From NCBI GenBank assembly GCA_043803815.1, contig JAZDJR010000018.1:55730-119729 (forward strand): DNA of 64,000 nucleotides, given 5' to 3'. Under the pieces are notes generated by a model. It worked only from the letters and a program-made list of their open reading frames with translations. It was not told the origin of the DNA and ran no database searches. The stretch is from Candidatus Micrarchaeota archaeon (GTDB lineage: Archaea; Iainarchaeota; Iainarchaeia; Iainarchaeales; JAGVWC01). Positions within the stretch are counted from its first letter, which is position 1. The number at the start of each line of letters is the position of its first letter. The position numbers were made by a program, and so were the translations under genes. Shown piece by piece: positions 18,229 to 27,310 of this stretch.

Positions 18229-18573
18229 ATGGCAGCCAAACAGGATAAGCAAGAAAACAAATTCTTGTATTTTCTTGATGATGAAGAACAAAACTATATT
18301 TTTGTCCGCATTCGCATTATGAATGACGGCGTTACTTTGGAGTCATTTGCCATGATGCAAGTTTCAATCATCAACCAAAAAAAACACGAAATCACGCGAT
18401 ATGATTCAAGCATCCGCGAAGCCATTAATGTCCATAAGTGGTACTGCAAAGGAAACCCAAAAGAGTTTATCCAAAAACCGTTAACCTGGGAAACCTTAAT
18501 CGGGTTTGAAGAAGAAATCTGGCAAAAATGGCGGCAGTATTTGTTTTTATACAAGGAAAAGAAAGGTTTATAA
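18229..18573 (+). CDS. Putative toxin, divergent TumE/DUF6516-like
   Basis: Small beta-rich protein with EITRYDS...NVHKW, immediately upstream of a TumA-like HTH gene. Confidence 0.5.
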   Translation: MAAKQDKQENKFLYFLDDEEQNYIFVRIRIMNDGVTLESFAMMQVSIINQKKHEITRYDSSIREAINVHKWYCKGNPKEFIQKPLTWETLIGFEEEIWQKWRQYLFLYKEKKGL

Positions 18574-18589
18574 CGACAAAAGTTATAAA
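18567..18589 (+). promoter_or_regulatory. Inverted repeat overlapping a TATA-like box; candidate operator or internal promoter of the HTH gene
   Basis: TTTATAAC-GACAAAA-GTTATAAA: perfect 8-bp arms, 7-nt spacer. Confidence 0.6.
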
Positions 18590-18603
18590 TAGTTTGTGGG
18601 AAC

Positions 18604-18966
18604 ATGAAAAAACTGGTATTTAAAATCGGCGGCACTTTTCGCCAGGATGCCGTGGCGTTTGCCAAAGGTTCAAAGAAACCCGAATCGGGAACCACTACGG
18701 TTTATTTGAGAGATTTCAAGCACCTTCGCGAAATGCTGACCCCGAAAAAATTGGCTTTGCTGGATGCCATGATTTCTTTTGCCGATGCAAAGCAAAACGT
18801 TTCCCAAATTGCCAAAAAACTGAAGCGAAAACAGGAAGCGGTCAGCCGCGACCTGGCGGTTCTGGAAAAAAACGGGTTAATACACAAAACCAAGCACAAA
18901 CAGCATGTACATCCTGCTCTTTCGTTTTCCATTATTCAAATCGAGCTGGGTAAAGCAATCGCATAG
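18604..18966 (+). CDS. HTH antitoxin/regulator (HVO_A0114/TumA-like)
   Basis: LREMLTPKKLALL...VSQIAKKLKRKQEAVSRDLAVLEKNGLI; visibly homologous to 25405-25854. Confidence 0.75.
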   Translation: MKKLVFKIGGTFRQDAVAFAKGSKKPESGTTTVYLRDFKHLREMLTPKKLALLDAMISFADAKQNVSQIAKKLKRKQEAVSRDLAVLEKNGLIHKTKHKQHVHPALSFSIIQIELGKAIA

Positions 18967-18984
18967 TTTACTTTAAATCTTGTT

Positions 18985-19797
18985 TTAGGATTGCGGCGTC
19001 CATTTTACCGGCGTCAGATAGGGAATGTGCAAAACGCCAGCCTGGGCAAGAATAAGGATTAAAACAATCAGCCCCAAAACCGCGATTCGAAAACGGTTGT
19101 CGGTGCCGAGTTTTTCCCGAAACCATTTTGAAGCCGGATTGTCCCACAAAAATCCGAGAATGCCTTTGATGATGTCGACTAAATAGCGAATCCAGTTGCC
19201 GGGGTTTCGCAAGTCGGAAACGGTTTCCCCGACCAGTTCATGCCCTGTTTTGGAGCGGTAGGGAACGTCGGTTTCGGAAACCAGTTCGCTGTTTACGGCA
19301 CTGAATTGGAATTCCAATTGCCGACCTTCGATTGAAGCGTCGCAAAGCCAGACCGGAACGTAAAGTGGCCGAAGGCCGGAAATGACAATGCTTTCTTTTC
19401 CCAAATTGTATTTGGCCGCGATTTTTAACTGGGACAATCGTTCGGCTTCTCTTCCGTTGATTCGAAAACGCACCACTTTGGTGTGGCTTTCGTCGGGACG
19501 AAGGACCAATTGGCTTTCGAATTCATCAAGCAAAGGCCCCAGTTCGTCCTCGATTTCCGCGGTCTGGCCGTTCATCGCGGTAACGCCGGTTTCCCCTTCG
19601 CTCGTGGAAACCGCTCCGCTTTCGTCCGCGGTTTCGACAAACGAGTGGTAGCCGAAAAACCAGTAGGGAAAAAACCATAATTCGGGGTGGTTTATTTCAT
19701 AATCGTCCCATTCTTTTTCTTCCAACAGTTCCTTGACTTGGGCTATGACTTCTTCTGAAGTCATGACAATGGGAAACGTCGAGTGGTTGAGGCGCAT
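18985..19797 (-). CDS. Hypothetical acidic protein with C-terminal membrane anchor
   Basis: Long ORF with typical host codon use; TM segment IAVLGLIVLILILAQAGVL. Confidence 0.75.
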   Translation of the reverse strand: MRLNHSTFPIVMTSEEVIAQVKELLEEKEWDDYEINHPELWFFPYWFFGYHSFVETADESGAVSTSEGETGVTAMNGQTAEIEDELGPLLDEFESQLVLRPDESHTKVVRFRINGREAERLSQLKIAAKYNLGKESIVISGLRPLYVPVWLCDASIEGRQLEFQFSAVNSELVSETDVPYRSKTGHELVGETVSDLRNPGNWIRYLVDIIKGILGFLWDNPASKWFREKLGTDNRFRIAVLGLIVLILILAQAGVLHIPYLTPVKWTPQS

Positions 19798-19919
19798 GCT
19801 AAACAAAAGAGTCCAAGAGGAATATTTAATCTTATTGAAAAAAACGAATTTTGGGGATTAAAAAAAGTAAAAAAAGGGGAGTCCCCGAAAGCTGGGGATT
19901 GTCCGAAAATTGCAAAAAT

Positions 19920-20276
19920 TTATGCCTTGCGCTTGACGATTTTAATCATGCTGGGCGTAACGAGCACTTTTTCGTTGGATACCATGGCCAAGTCGCCTTT
20001 CATGCCTTCGACCTGCATTCGCAGGCTTCCGACGAGTTCGCGAAGCCGGACAACGTTGCGTTTTTTCATTTCACCGATGTTCAAAAGGATAAAGTTCCCC
20101 ATTTGGAGTTCTTTAACCGCGTTTTCCACGTCTTTTTCCGTGGTGAGTTCGACCGGTTTGACGAGCGCTTTGGCGTCCGCGTACTGGTCTTCTTCGGTTT
20201 CGGTGTCCATGTTGTTAAGAAATTCATCCATGTCTACATCGTCTTGTCGACGAAAAACTTTTTCCAAAAAAGTCAT
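19920..20276 (-). CDS. sepF: Cell division protein SepF
   Basis: Acidic N-terminus, then KELQMGNFILLNI...GDLAMVSNEKVLVTP; SD GGGGAGTG. Confidence 0.88.
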   Translation of the reverse strand: MTFLEKVFRRQDDVDMDEFLNNMDTETEEDQYADAKALVKPVELTTEKDVENAVKELQMGNFILLNIGEMKKRNVVRLRELVGSLRMQVEGMKGDLAMVSNEKVLVTPSMIKIVKRKA

Positions 20277-20285
20277 TGTTTTCAC

Positions 20286-20494
20286 TCCCCTATAAAAAAA
20301 ACTATTCTATTTTACTATGCAAAGTATATTTTAAACTATTTGTTAATCAAACCGCCAAAAGAAGCCCGAAAATAGCAGAGTCTACATAAAAAAAATGTAA
20401 AAAAGATAGTTCGAAAAACCAACCTGCATTATCGGAAGTGGTTTTGTTCCACAACTCCAAGTTGTTTTTAATTGTTTGAATCATCAAACACTGG
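20286..20494. other. AT-rich intergenic region upstream of cdc6; candidate replication origin or cdc6 promoter
   Basis: AT-rich; two perfect inverted repeats ACAACT-CCA-AGTTGT (20451-20465) and TGTTTGA-ATCA-TCAAACA (20473-20490); no canonical ORB seen. Confidence 0.4.
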
Positions 20495-21724
20495 ATGACT
20501 TTTACTTCGGATTCTCCCAATTTGTTTGACCGCCTGTACAAGGACCAAAAAACGGTTTTTTTGGACAAAAACGCGATTTCGCCGCATTTTGTTCCCAGCC
20601 ATCTGCCGTTTCGCGAGAACCAATTAAACGAAATTTCGCAGATTTTTTCCGTTGCGTTAAGCGGAAAAAAACCCGGCAATCTTTTTTTGTACGGCAAGCC
20701 AGGCGCGGGAAAAACCGCGGTATGCAAGCGCGTTTTATCCCAATTATTGGAGTTTGGCAGGAACAAATCGCTTTCGGTAAGCGGAACCTACATCAATTGC
20801 CGGACGCACAATTCCAAGTACCGCGTGCTTTCCAAAATCGTCAAGGACCTGTTTTCCGAAGAAAGCTTTTTGGGCTATTCGGCGTCGTTTATGTACGACA
20901 AAATGCTGGACGGCATTTCCAAAAACAAATTTTCATACATTGTTATTTTGGATGAAATCGACAAAATCAAGGACTTAGACGAGCTTGTTTATTCGCTTAC
21001 GCGCTCAAACGACGAGCTTTCCGCGGGCAGCGTCGCGATTACGGGAATTTCAAACAATGTTTTTTTCAAGGACCGATTGGACCCGCGAAGCAAGTCAAGC
21101 CTGTGCGAGCACGAAATGGTTTTCAGCCCGTATAACGCCGAAGAGCTTCGCCAAATTTTAAACGAGCGCGTCAATGTCGCGTTCAAGCCCGATTGCATCG
21201 AGGAAAGCGCGGTTAATCTGGCCGCGGCAATGGCGGCCGGCGAAAGCGGCGATGCGCGCCAAGCCGTCATGCTTTTGCAAAAAGCCGGCGAACTGTGCGA
21301 TGCCAAAAAGCTTGCTAAAATAACGGATGTTGAAGTGCAGGCCGCGAAAAAAAAAGTCGAGGAAGAAATTATTTTGAACATGATTGCGACTTTGCCCAAG
21401 CATCAGCAATTATTGCTTTTGGCGATTGCCAATTTGTCCGTGCAAAAGCGTTCGCAGCAGCGCATCGCGGGGGATAGCCGGGAACAGCCCTTGTTTTCGG
21501 GGGAAGTATACGAGGAATACGCGAAAACCGCGAAAAGCCTTCGGGAATCGCCGGTGTCTTCGCGCTGGTACCGCCAGTACGTTTCCGAACTGGAAATGTT
21601 CGGCTTGTTGATTACCGCGGCGTCAGGCCAGGGCATCCGCGGAAACACGCGGCTGATTAAATTGAGCTTTGACCCCAAAAAAATAATGGACGCCGTGCAA
21701 AAAGAAATCGCGGCGAACAATTAG
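20495..21724 (+). CDS. cdc6: Orc1/Cdc6 replication initiator
   Basis: Walker A GKPGAGKT, YINC, Walker B ILDEID, SGDAR, C-terminal winged helix. Confidence 0.96.
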   Translation: MTFTSDSPNLFDRLYKDQKTVFLDKNAISPHFVPSHLPFRENQLNEISQIFSVALSGKKPGNLFLYGKPGAGKTAVCKRVLSQLLEFGRNKSLSVSGTYINCRTHNSKYRVLSKIVKDLFSEESFLGYSASFMYDKMLDGISKNKFSYIVILDEIDKIKDLDELVYSLTRSNDELSAGSVAITGISNNVFFKDRLDPRSKSSLCEHEMVFSPYNAEELRQILNERVNVAFKPDCIEESAVNLAAAMAAGESGDARQAVMLLQKAGELCDAKKLAKITDVEVQAAKKKVEEEIILNMIATLPKHQQLLLLAIANLSVQKRSQQRIAGDSREQPLFSGEVYEEYAKTAKSLRESPVSSRWYRQYVSELEMFGLLITAASGQGIRGNTRLIKLSFDPKKIMDAVQKEIAANN

Positions 21725-21744
21725 GAAAAGGATGTGATAAGAAA

Positions 21745-22056
21745 ATGGAAAAATTCTGCCAGGTTTTAATCAGCGCCACAAGCAAAAAAGAAGCCGACCG
21801 GATTTCGGACAATTTGGTCCAAAAACGGCTGGTGGCGGGTTCTTTGATTCTTAAAGGTCCTTCGCGTTACTGGTGGGAAGGAAAAATCGTTGAAAAGGAA
21901 TATTTCAATGTGCAGGCGTTTTCGGTTTTCAAAAACAAGGACAAAATTATTTCTGAAGCAAAAAAAGGCCACAGCGACGAGTGCCCCATCATCGCTTTTT
22001 TTGCCATGGACGGGAACGCGGATTTCCTGAAATGGATTCGAGAATCGGTCGAATAA
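21745..22056 (+). CDS. cutA: Divalent-cation tolerance protein CutA
   Basis: EADRISDNLVQKRLVAG, YWWEGKI, HSDECP. Confidence 0.88.
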   Translation: MEKFCQVLISATSKKEADRISDNLVQKRLVAGSLILKGPSRYWWEGKIVEKEYFNVQAFSVFKNKDKIISEAKKGHSDECPIIAFFAMDGNADFLKWIRESVE

Positions 22057-22096
22057 CTTCGGTTTTTCAGGTCCCGATTCGGTTCGGATAAGTGGT

Positions 22097-24244
22097 TTAG
22101 CCGTACCGCGAACCGCGACTTTCGCGCTTTTTTTGTCCCAGATTCTGCTTGATTTGTTCCGCGATTTTTTCTCCGCCCAAAAGGCGTCCCAGGTCCGCAA
22201 CGTCGATTTTTTGCAGGTCCAAGACCGTTCGCACGTTGTTTTGGAACAGGCGCCTGGCGCGTGACCGCCCGATGCCGCGCACTTCGCATAGCATCAAGAG
22301 TTCTTCTCGCACGCCGAACTGCAATCGCTTTCGCAGTTTGGCCAGTTTTTCGGGATGATTTTCCAGTTTTAGCAGCTGGCAGAGTTCAAAAGCCGCGTAT
22401 CCCAGCCAGTCGCAAACCAATAGTTTGGAGCGCAAAATGCCCGGCGCCACGTTAAACTCGTCCGCAAGGCGGCTGTCGGGGGTTTCGTTTATCCATTGCT
22501 CGAAAACTTTTGCTGTGAAAAACTTTTTGGCCAGATTCGGGTCGGCATAGAGTTCGACGTTGATGTTAACGGGAATTTCGTCCTGCGAGTTGACAAGTTC
22601 TTCCAAAAGCCGCGGTTCCATTTTTTTAGGGTAATTCAGCAAAGGCGAAAGTTCGCCGGTATTGGAAAACAAAAACAGGTAAGTCATCGCGGAAAACGGC
22701 CTTTTTTGCTTTAGCGCGGCAATCAGACCGGCCGCGGAAAGCGGGTCGAGGTACAGTTCGGATACGCGTTTTCCAAGTTCGGTGGCTTCGAATCTTTTTT
22801 CGCTGGATTTTACGAATCCGAGTTCTTCCAGTTCAACCAGTATCCCGCTTAGTTTGGACAAAAGTTCTGTGGTTTGCTTGAACTGGAACGCGTAAAATGT
22901 CTTGGAAAAAAAATCTTCCAAAGACTGCAAATCAAACACGAAATTGGTCGCAATCGCGGCCAGCAAGTGGGTTCGCAGCACGGGTTCAATCGACAGGCGC
23001 GACTCGACTTCTTCGATTTCGCCGCGGACATAATTTTCCATTAAATCGTCGATTTCGGATTCGCTGGACGCCAAAATCACGGCTTCGCCGGCAACGTCAA
23101 ACTTGGGCCTTCCCGCGCGACCCGCCATTTGCTTGTACTCGGAAACCGAAATGCGCGTGGAACCGCCCCAGGAGCCGTCGTAGCGGTGCAGAGAGGGAAT
23201 AATTACGCGAAACGCGGGTACGTTAATTCCGGCGGCCAAAGTAGGCGTTGAACTGATTAGTTTAATCCTGTTTTTTTTAAACGCGGATTCGACGATGCGA
23301 CGCTGTTTTTCAACGAGTCCCGCGTGGTGAAACGCCGCGCCGCGGAAAACCAACTGCGCGAGTTTTCGGCACTGGTCGGTCGGCTGTTCCAGCGCATTGA
23401 GAATGGCAACGGACGCTTTTTGGAGAATTTCGCGGTCCTGTTCCGAAAGTTTTTTTTCTGTAATCGCGGATAATTTTTCTGCGAAACTTTCGCTTTTTGG
23501 CCGGCTGTTGGCAAACACGAGGCATTGCTTGTTTTTTTGGTTTAATGTGTCTGCAACGATTTTGGCCACGCTTTCTTTTTCAGATGCGGCAATTTTTTCG
23601 ACGCGATTTTCAAATTTTATTTTGCCGTCAAAATAAACGCCTTCGTCAAGTGTGACGGGGCGATAATCGCTTTGCACCAAATCCGCGGACAGCCAGTCCG
23701 CAATCTGGCTGGAATTGGGAATAGTCGCGCTTAATGCCAATACGCGAAGCTGCGGATTGATTAGGCGCAGTTTGGTAATTGCCATTTCGACTGCGGGGCC
23801 GCGGTCGCTGCCCATGATATGCACTTCGTCCACAACCAGCAATCCGACTTGCGAAAGCCAGTCGGCTTTGTGGCGAAGCAAGGATTCCAGCTTTTCGGTC
23901 GTGGAAAAAATCAAATCGTAGTTTTTCAGGTACTGACTGCTGGAATCAAAGTCTCCGGTGGAAATCGCCATGCGGATTTTGAGTTGGCCAAACTTGGTTT
24001 TCCAGTCGGAATAATGCTCGCTGGCCAATGCTCGAAGCGGGCAGGTGTAAACGACTTTTTGTTTTTTGTTCAAAATCGAGTCAAGCGCGCAGAGTTCGGC
24101 AACCACGGTTTTGCCCGAAGCTGTGGGCGCGGCTACGACTACGCTTTGGTCAAACAGGCGGCTGGAAAGCGCCTTTTCCTGCATGGGATTAAACTTTTCA
24201 AAGCCGTTGGCTTGGCGAACCAACTCGGGAATGTCAAAGGTCAT
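22097..24244 (-). CDS. hel308: Ski2-like DNA helicase Hel308
   Basis: APTASGKT, VDEVH, LSAT, FHHAGL, TPTLAAGINVPA, QMAGRAGRP, C-terminal HhH; start set at ATG 24244. Confidence 0.95.
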   Translation of the reverse strand: MTFDIPELVRQANGFEKFNPMQEKALSSRLFDQSVVVAAPTASGKTVVAELCALDSILNKKQKVVYTCPLRALASEHYSDWKTKFGQLKIRMAISTGDFDSSSQYLKNYDLIFSTTEKLESLLRHKADWLSQVGLLVVDEVHIMGSDRGPAVEMAITKLRLINPQLRVLALSATIPNSSQIADWLSADLVQSDYRPVTLDEGVYFDGKIKFENRVEKIAASEKESVAKIVADTLNQKNKQCLVFANSRPKSESFAEKLSAITEKKLSEQDREILQKASVAILNALEQPTDQCRKLAQLVFRGAAFHHAGLVEKQRRIVESAFKKNRIKLISSTPTLAAGINVPAFRVIIPSLHRYDGSWGGSTRISVSEYKQMAGRAGRPKFDVAGEAVILASSESEIDDLMENYVRGEIEEVESRLSIEPVLRTHLLAAIATNFVFDLQSLEDFFSKTFYAFQFKQTTELLSKLSGILVELEELGFVKSSEKRFEATELGKRVSELYLDPLSAAGLIAALKQKRPFSAMTYLFLFSNTGELSPLLNYPKKMEPRLLEELVNSQDEIPVNINVELYADPNLAKKFFTAKVFEQWINETPDSRLADEFNVAPGILRSKLLVCDWLGYAAFELCQLLKLENHPEKLAKLRKRLQFGVREELLMLCEVRGIGRSRARRLFQNNVRTVLDLQKIDVADLGRLLGGEKIAEQIKQNLGQKKRESRGSRYG

Positions 24245-24317
24245 ACTATTATGGTTGACCGTTGCTTTTTTTGGGGGTTGGTCAAGCACCTGAATTTGGG
24301 AGTTTTGGGGCAAGGGA

Positions 24318-24563
24318 TTACAACTCGCTTTGGGTTTCGCTTGTGTTTTGAAGCATGACGAACTCGTAGGCTTTTTGCAGGGCAAGGACTGCTTTGGGCA
24401 GGTCTGCGGGTTTGAAGGAAGAGCTGGATTTCCATTCCCCGCTTTCGGTTTTGTATCGCTTTTCAATCGAAACCGAAAAATACGGCTTTCCTTCTTTGCC
24501 CGCGTTTTCCCAAATCGCGGCGGTTATGCCGGCCACCGAGATTTTTTGGATTGGGGCAGTCAT
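24318..24563 (-). CDS. Small protein, probable PC4/YdbC-like single-stranded nucleic-acid-binding fold
   Basis: ITAAIWEN...YFSVSIEKRYKTESGEWKSSSSF..DLPKAVLAL: aromatic-rich beta strands plus a C-terminal helix; SD GGAGGTG. Confidence 0.55.
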   Translation of the reverse strand: MTAPIQKISVAGITAAIWENAGKEGKPYFSVSIEKRYKTESGEWKSSSSFKPADLPKAVLALQKAYEFVMLQNTSETQSEL

Positions 24564-24962
24564 TTTTTCACCTCCTTTTAAAAAATAAAAAAAATTAGGC
24601 GGTGATCCTAATCAATCGCCCCAGCCGGCCTGTTTTTTGGAAGGGTTCGGTTTGGATGCTTTGCAGCAGGCGAAACACGTTAAAGTCCAGGTTTAATTCT
24701 TCGATAGTATTTTTCATTACATCACCGGAAACTAGTTCGCTTGGCTTGCTTTTAAATCGGCGGAGGCGGGTCATTGCCGGTGAAAACCGGTGCATTGGCA
24801 GGGTTTGCCGTGCAATGAATTCAGCGGCAATGACGCCCCAAAAAAGCTAAGAATCCAGGCATACAATAGTGGACTAAGAAATAGCCGAACCAATCGGACA
24901 AAGCGGCTATTAACCGGAAATCGGAAGCCGCCAAAAAACGTTCTTCAAAACCCCCTTTAAAT

Positions 24963-24983
24963 ATATATGCCTTAAACATATAT
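24963..24983 (+). promoter_or_regulatory. Candidate operator/promoter of the TumE-TumA pair
   Basis: ATATATG-CCTTAAA-CATATAT: perfect 7-bp arms, 7-nt spacer, adjacent to TTTAAATA. Confidence 0.6.
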
Positions 24984-25048
24984 GTGCGCTTTTCGGAGCG
25001 CTTGTAAGGGGTGATGGATAGTGACTAAAACGACAAGGGTTTTTGACA

Positions 25049-25363
25049 ATGAAAGCAAGACAAGTACTCAACGAGGTGTTCACCCCGAGCAAAAACTTCG
25101 CCTGCCGATTGCTGGCTTGGGAGGTTCGCGGTGACAAAAGATTTTCCGAAAACTTCAAGTACGCTTTTGTGCTGCTCCACGAAAACGAAAGGGTGCTTGC
25201 CTACGACAATTGCGAGGGAAAAGGCCACCACAGGCATTATGGCAAACAACAGGGACCAAACACCGGCACGCCCGAAATAAAATCGAAAAAAGACATTGAA
25301 AAACTCGCAAGAACTTTCATGACCGAAGTGACCGCAATAATAAAAAAAACCAAAAACGAATAA
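25049..25363 (+). CDS. TumE-family toxin (DUF6516)
   Basis: FKYAFVLL...RVLAYDNCEGKGHHRHY matches the KY..L..YDN..GK.HH.H signature. Confidence 0.8.
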   Translation: MKARQVLNEVFTPSKNFACRLLAWEVRGDKRFSENFKYAFVLLHENERVLAYDNCEGKGHHRHYGKQQGPNTGTPEIKSKKDIEKLARTFMTEVTAIIKKTKNE

Positions 25364-25404
25364 AAAAAATGAAGCCAAAAAAGAAATTATAATAAAACTC
25401 TATA

Positions 25405-25854
25405 ATGATGATTATGAAAGAAGAAATGAAATTCAATAAGGTCTTAATCCGAATAGCGTCTTTTGAACAAGTAATGCAAGAGACCGTTGAAACCCTGTGG
25501 AATGTCAAAAAAGGAAAAAAGGCCAAGGCCGCGCGGAAAACCCTCACTTTTCCGGACCTTGAAACCCTGCGGGAAATCCTTACGGATGAACGAATCCGCC
25601 TGCTCCAAACCCTGCACACCCAAAAACCCAAAAGCGTCTATGAACTCGCCAAAAAACTGGGCCGCAAATATCCCAACGTGTTCAACGACGTAAAAAAACT
25701 CGAGAACCTGGGACTCGTCACGCTAAACCTAGAAAAAAACAAGTCGGAACCCACGGCAACCTACAAAAGCCTCAAAATCGAAATACCCCTGACAATTCCC
25801 ATACTAAATCGCTTCAAGGTTCAACAAGCCAAACACAATCGCGTCATTCCTTGA
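25405..25854 (+). CDS. TumA-like HTH antitoxin (HVO_A0114 family)
   Basis: LTFPDLETLREILTDERIRLL...PKSVYELAKKLGRKYPNVFNDVKKLENLGLV. Confidence 0.8.
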   Translation: MMIMKEEMKFNKVLIRIASFEQVMQETVETLWNVKKGKKAKAARKTLTFPDLETLREILTDERIRLLQTLHTQKPKSVYELAKKLGRKYPNVFNDVKKLENLGLVTLNLEKNKSEPTATYKSLKIEIPLTIPILNRFKVQQAKHNRVIP

Positions 25855-26371
25855 TGCCATAATGGGCCAAAAGCTGTCCCGTATGCCAAGCCTTGGCGTC
25901 GGCTTTGGAAAAACCCAGTTTGGAAAATGTTACGAACAATTGTTTTTCGCTCGTGGCTTCGATTTCCAAAAATAAAGGGATTTTTTTGAAGGCACCTAAG
26001 AATTTGTCCAGTTCGATTCGGTTTTTTCCAAGGCGGTACGATTCGCGTTTTTTGGAATACGACAAAACCGGCCTGAATCCAAGGCGCCGGATAAATCTTT
26101 GGCAGTCGCTCCAGTCGGATACTTCAAATTCGATTTCTTCGGACGAAACCGACTTTTGGGTCGGCAGGCGCGTTTTGAACGTCAAAAAAGTTTTGGCGGT
26201 AGTTTGGCGCAGGCGCAGCACCTGGCCGTTTTTGGACAAGTGGCGGCCGGGAAAATCGAAATAAATCGTTTTTAGGACTCCTGAAAAAATCTTTTTGGCT
26301 TTGAGCTTTTTCAGGCGAGCCAAAACCTGCATTTTGTTTATTTCCAAAACCTTAACTTCGATTTCGTTCAT
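25844..26371 (-). CDS. CYTH-domain protein (class IV adenylate cyclase CyaB-like)
   Basis: N-terminal EIEVK (ExExK), LRLR, LTFK, EEIE, KKRESY, IELD, FLEIE. Confidence 0.9.
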   Translation of the reverse strand: MNEIEVKVLEINKMQVLARLKKLKAKKIFSGVLKTIYFDFPGRHLSKNGQVLRLRQTTAKTFLTFKTRLPTQKSVSSEEIEFEVSDWSDCQRFIRRLGFRPVLSYSKKRESYRLGKNRIELDKFLGAFKKIPLFLEIEATSEKQLFVTFSKLGFSKADAKAWHTGQLLAHYGIKE

Positions 26372-26552
26372 CTGAAAACCAGAAAATGCTTTGTCAAAAA
26401 ATAATTTCGCGAAGCGAATTTTCTTTTTTCCCGAAGGGCTTTTTTCGCAAACATTTTCCCAAAAGGTTTTCCGAGGTTCCCGTTTTTGCCAAAGGCAAAA
26501 AGGGCCCATTCAAGCGCGCTTGAATCGGGTTTCTTTTGCGAAAAGAAAAAAC
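26372..26552. other. Intergenic cluster of tandem hairpins (structured RNA or REP-like element)
   Basis: TTTTTGCC-AAA-GGCAAAAA (26483-26501), perfect palindrome ATTCAAGCGCGCTTGAAT (26508-26525), TTTCTTTT-GCG-AAAAGAAA (26530-26548). Confidence 0.5.
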
Positions 26553-27218
26553 TCACTTTTTGCTCCAGTTTTCTATTTCGCGCAGCATGGCGATTTCGTT
26601 TTTGGATTCTTCGAGCTGTTTTTGCAGGCTGGTCACGTTTTTTTGGCTTTGTTCGAGGCGGAATTTTTTTTGTTCGTCCGCGAGCTTTGCAACGCGCGGG
26701 TTGTCCTTGTAAACAATGCTGGTGGAAACGGTTTCGGTCAATTGTTTTCGGTATTCCAAGTCGTTGACAAAAGTATTAATCATGGGATGGTATTTGGGGT
26801 GCGAAACGAGGTGCACGGGAAGTTTTACCGCGTCGGCGTCTTTGCGGTAATCGGGATCGGTGAGGTATTTTTGGGTGTGCTGCCAGTATAATTTGTCGCC
26901 GAATTTTTTGACGTTGTTGGTGACATCCGACAGCTGCGCGGTGCGGTGCTGGCCTTTCCAGTCGTTGACGCGGCGTTCAATGTCGGTTTTTTGCTTTTCC
27001 AGTTTTTGGATTTCTTTGCGAAGCTTTAGCTTGGTGGGATAAATTACTTCGGGCCAGGCTCCGTTGGTTGGAATGCCTGCCAAGGAAATCACACCGCCGC
27101 GCTCAAAATAGCGCTTTATATGCTGTACACGATTGGAATCCTTGTTTTTTTCAACGAGTTCGCCGAATTTGGCGCTAAAGGATTCAAAGGAAGAAAAAAC
27201 GAGTTCTTTGTTTTGCAT
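26553..27218 (-). CDS. Hypothetical coiled-coil-rich protein
   Basis: 221 aa ORF with host-like codon use and two heptad-rich segments. Confidence 0.75.
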   Translation of the reverse strand: MQNKELVFSSFESFSAKFGELVEKNKDSNRVQHIKRYFERGGVISLAGIPTNGAWPEVIYPTKLKLRKEIQKLEKQKTDIERRVNDWKGQHRTAQLSDVTNNVKKFGDKLYWQHTQKYLTDPDYRKDADAVKLPVHLVSHPKYHPMINTFVNDLEYRKQLTETVSTSIVYKDNPRVAKLADEQKKFRLEQSQKNVTSLQKQLEESKNEIAMLREIENWSKK

Positions 27219-27310
27219 ACCATACAGTAACGCATTGGCGTTAAAAAAAACAACGGTTGGTCATGGCGATTAAAAAGCTGGTTTGCCTCGGAAAAACTCG
27301 TTTTTTGGGG

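Noticed and set aside
14718-24244. Inteins in polC, cdc6 or hel308
   Set aside because: Protein lengths are normal and there are no C/S...HN-C/S/T splice junctions or LAGLIDADG inserts
24245-24466. 74 aa N-terminal extension of Hel308 in the ORF track
   Set aside because: It overlaps the better-supported 24318-24563 gene in another frame; ATG 24244 gives a normal start
24595-24872. Small minus-strand ORF (MHRFSP...) possibly joined by frameshift to an upstream MPGFLAFL start
   Set aside because: No recognisable homology; the join needs an unsupported frameshift in a homopolymer
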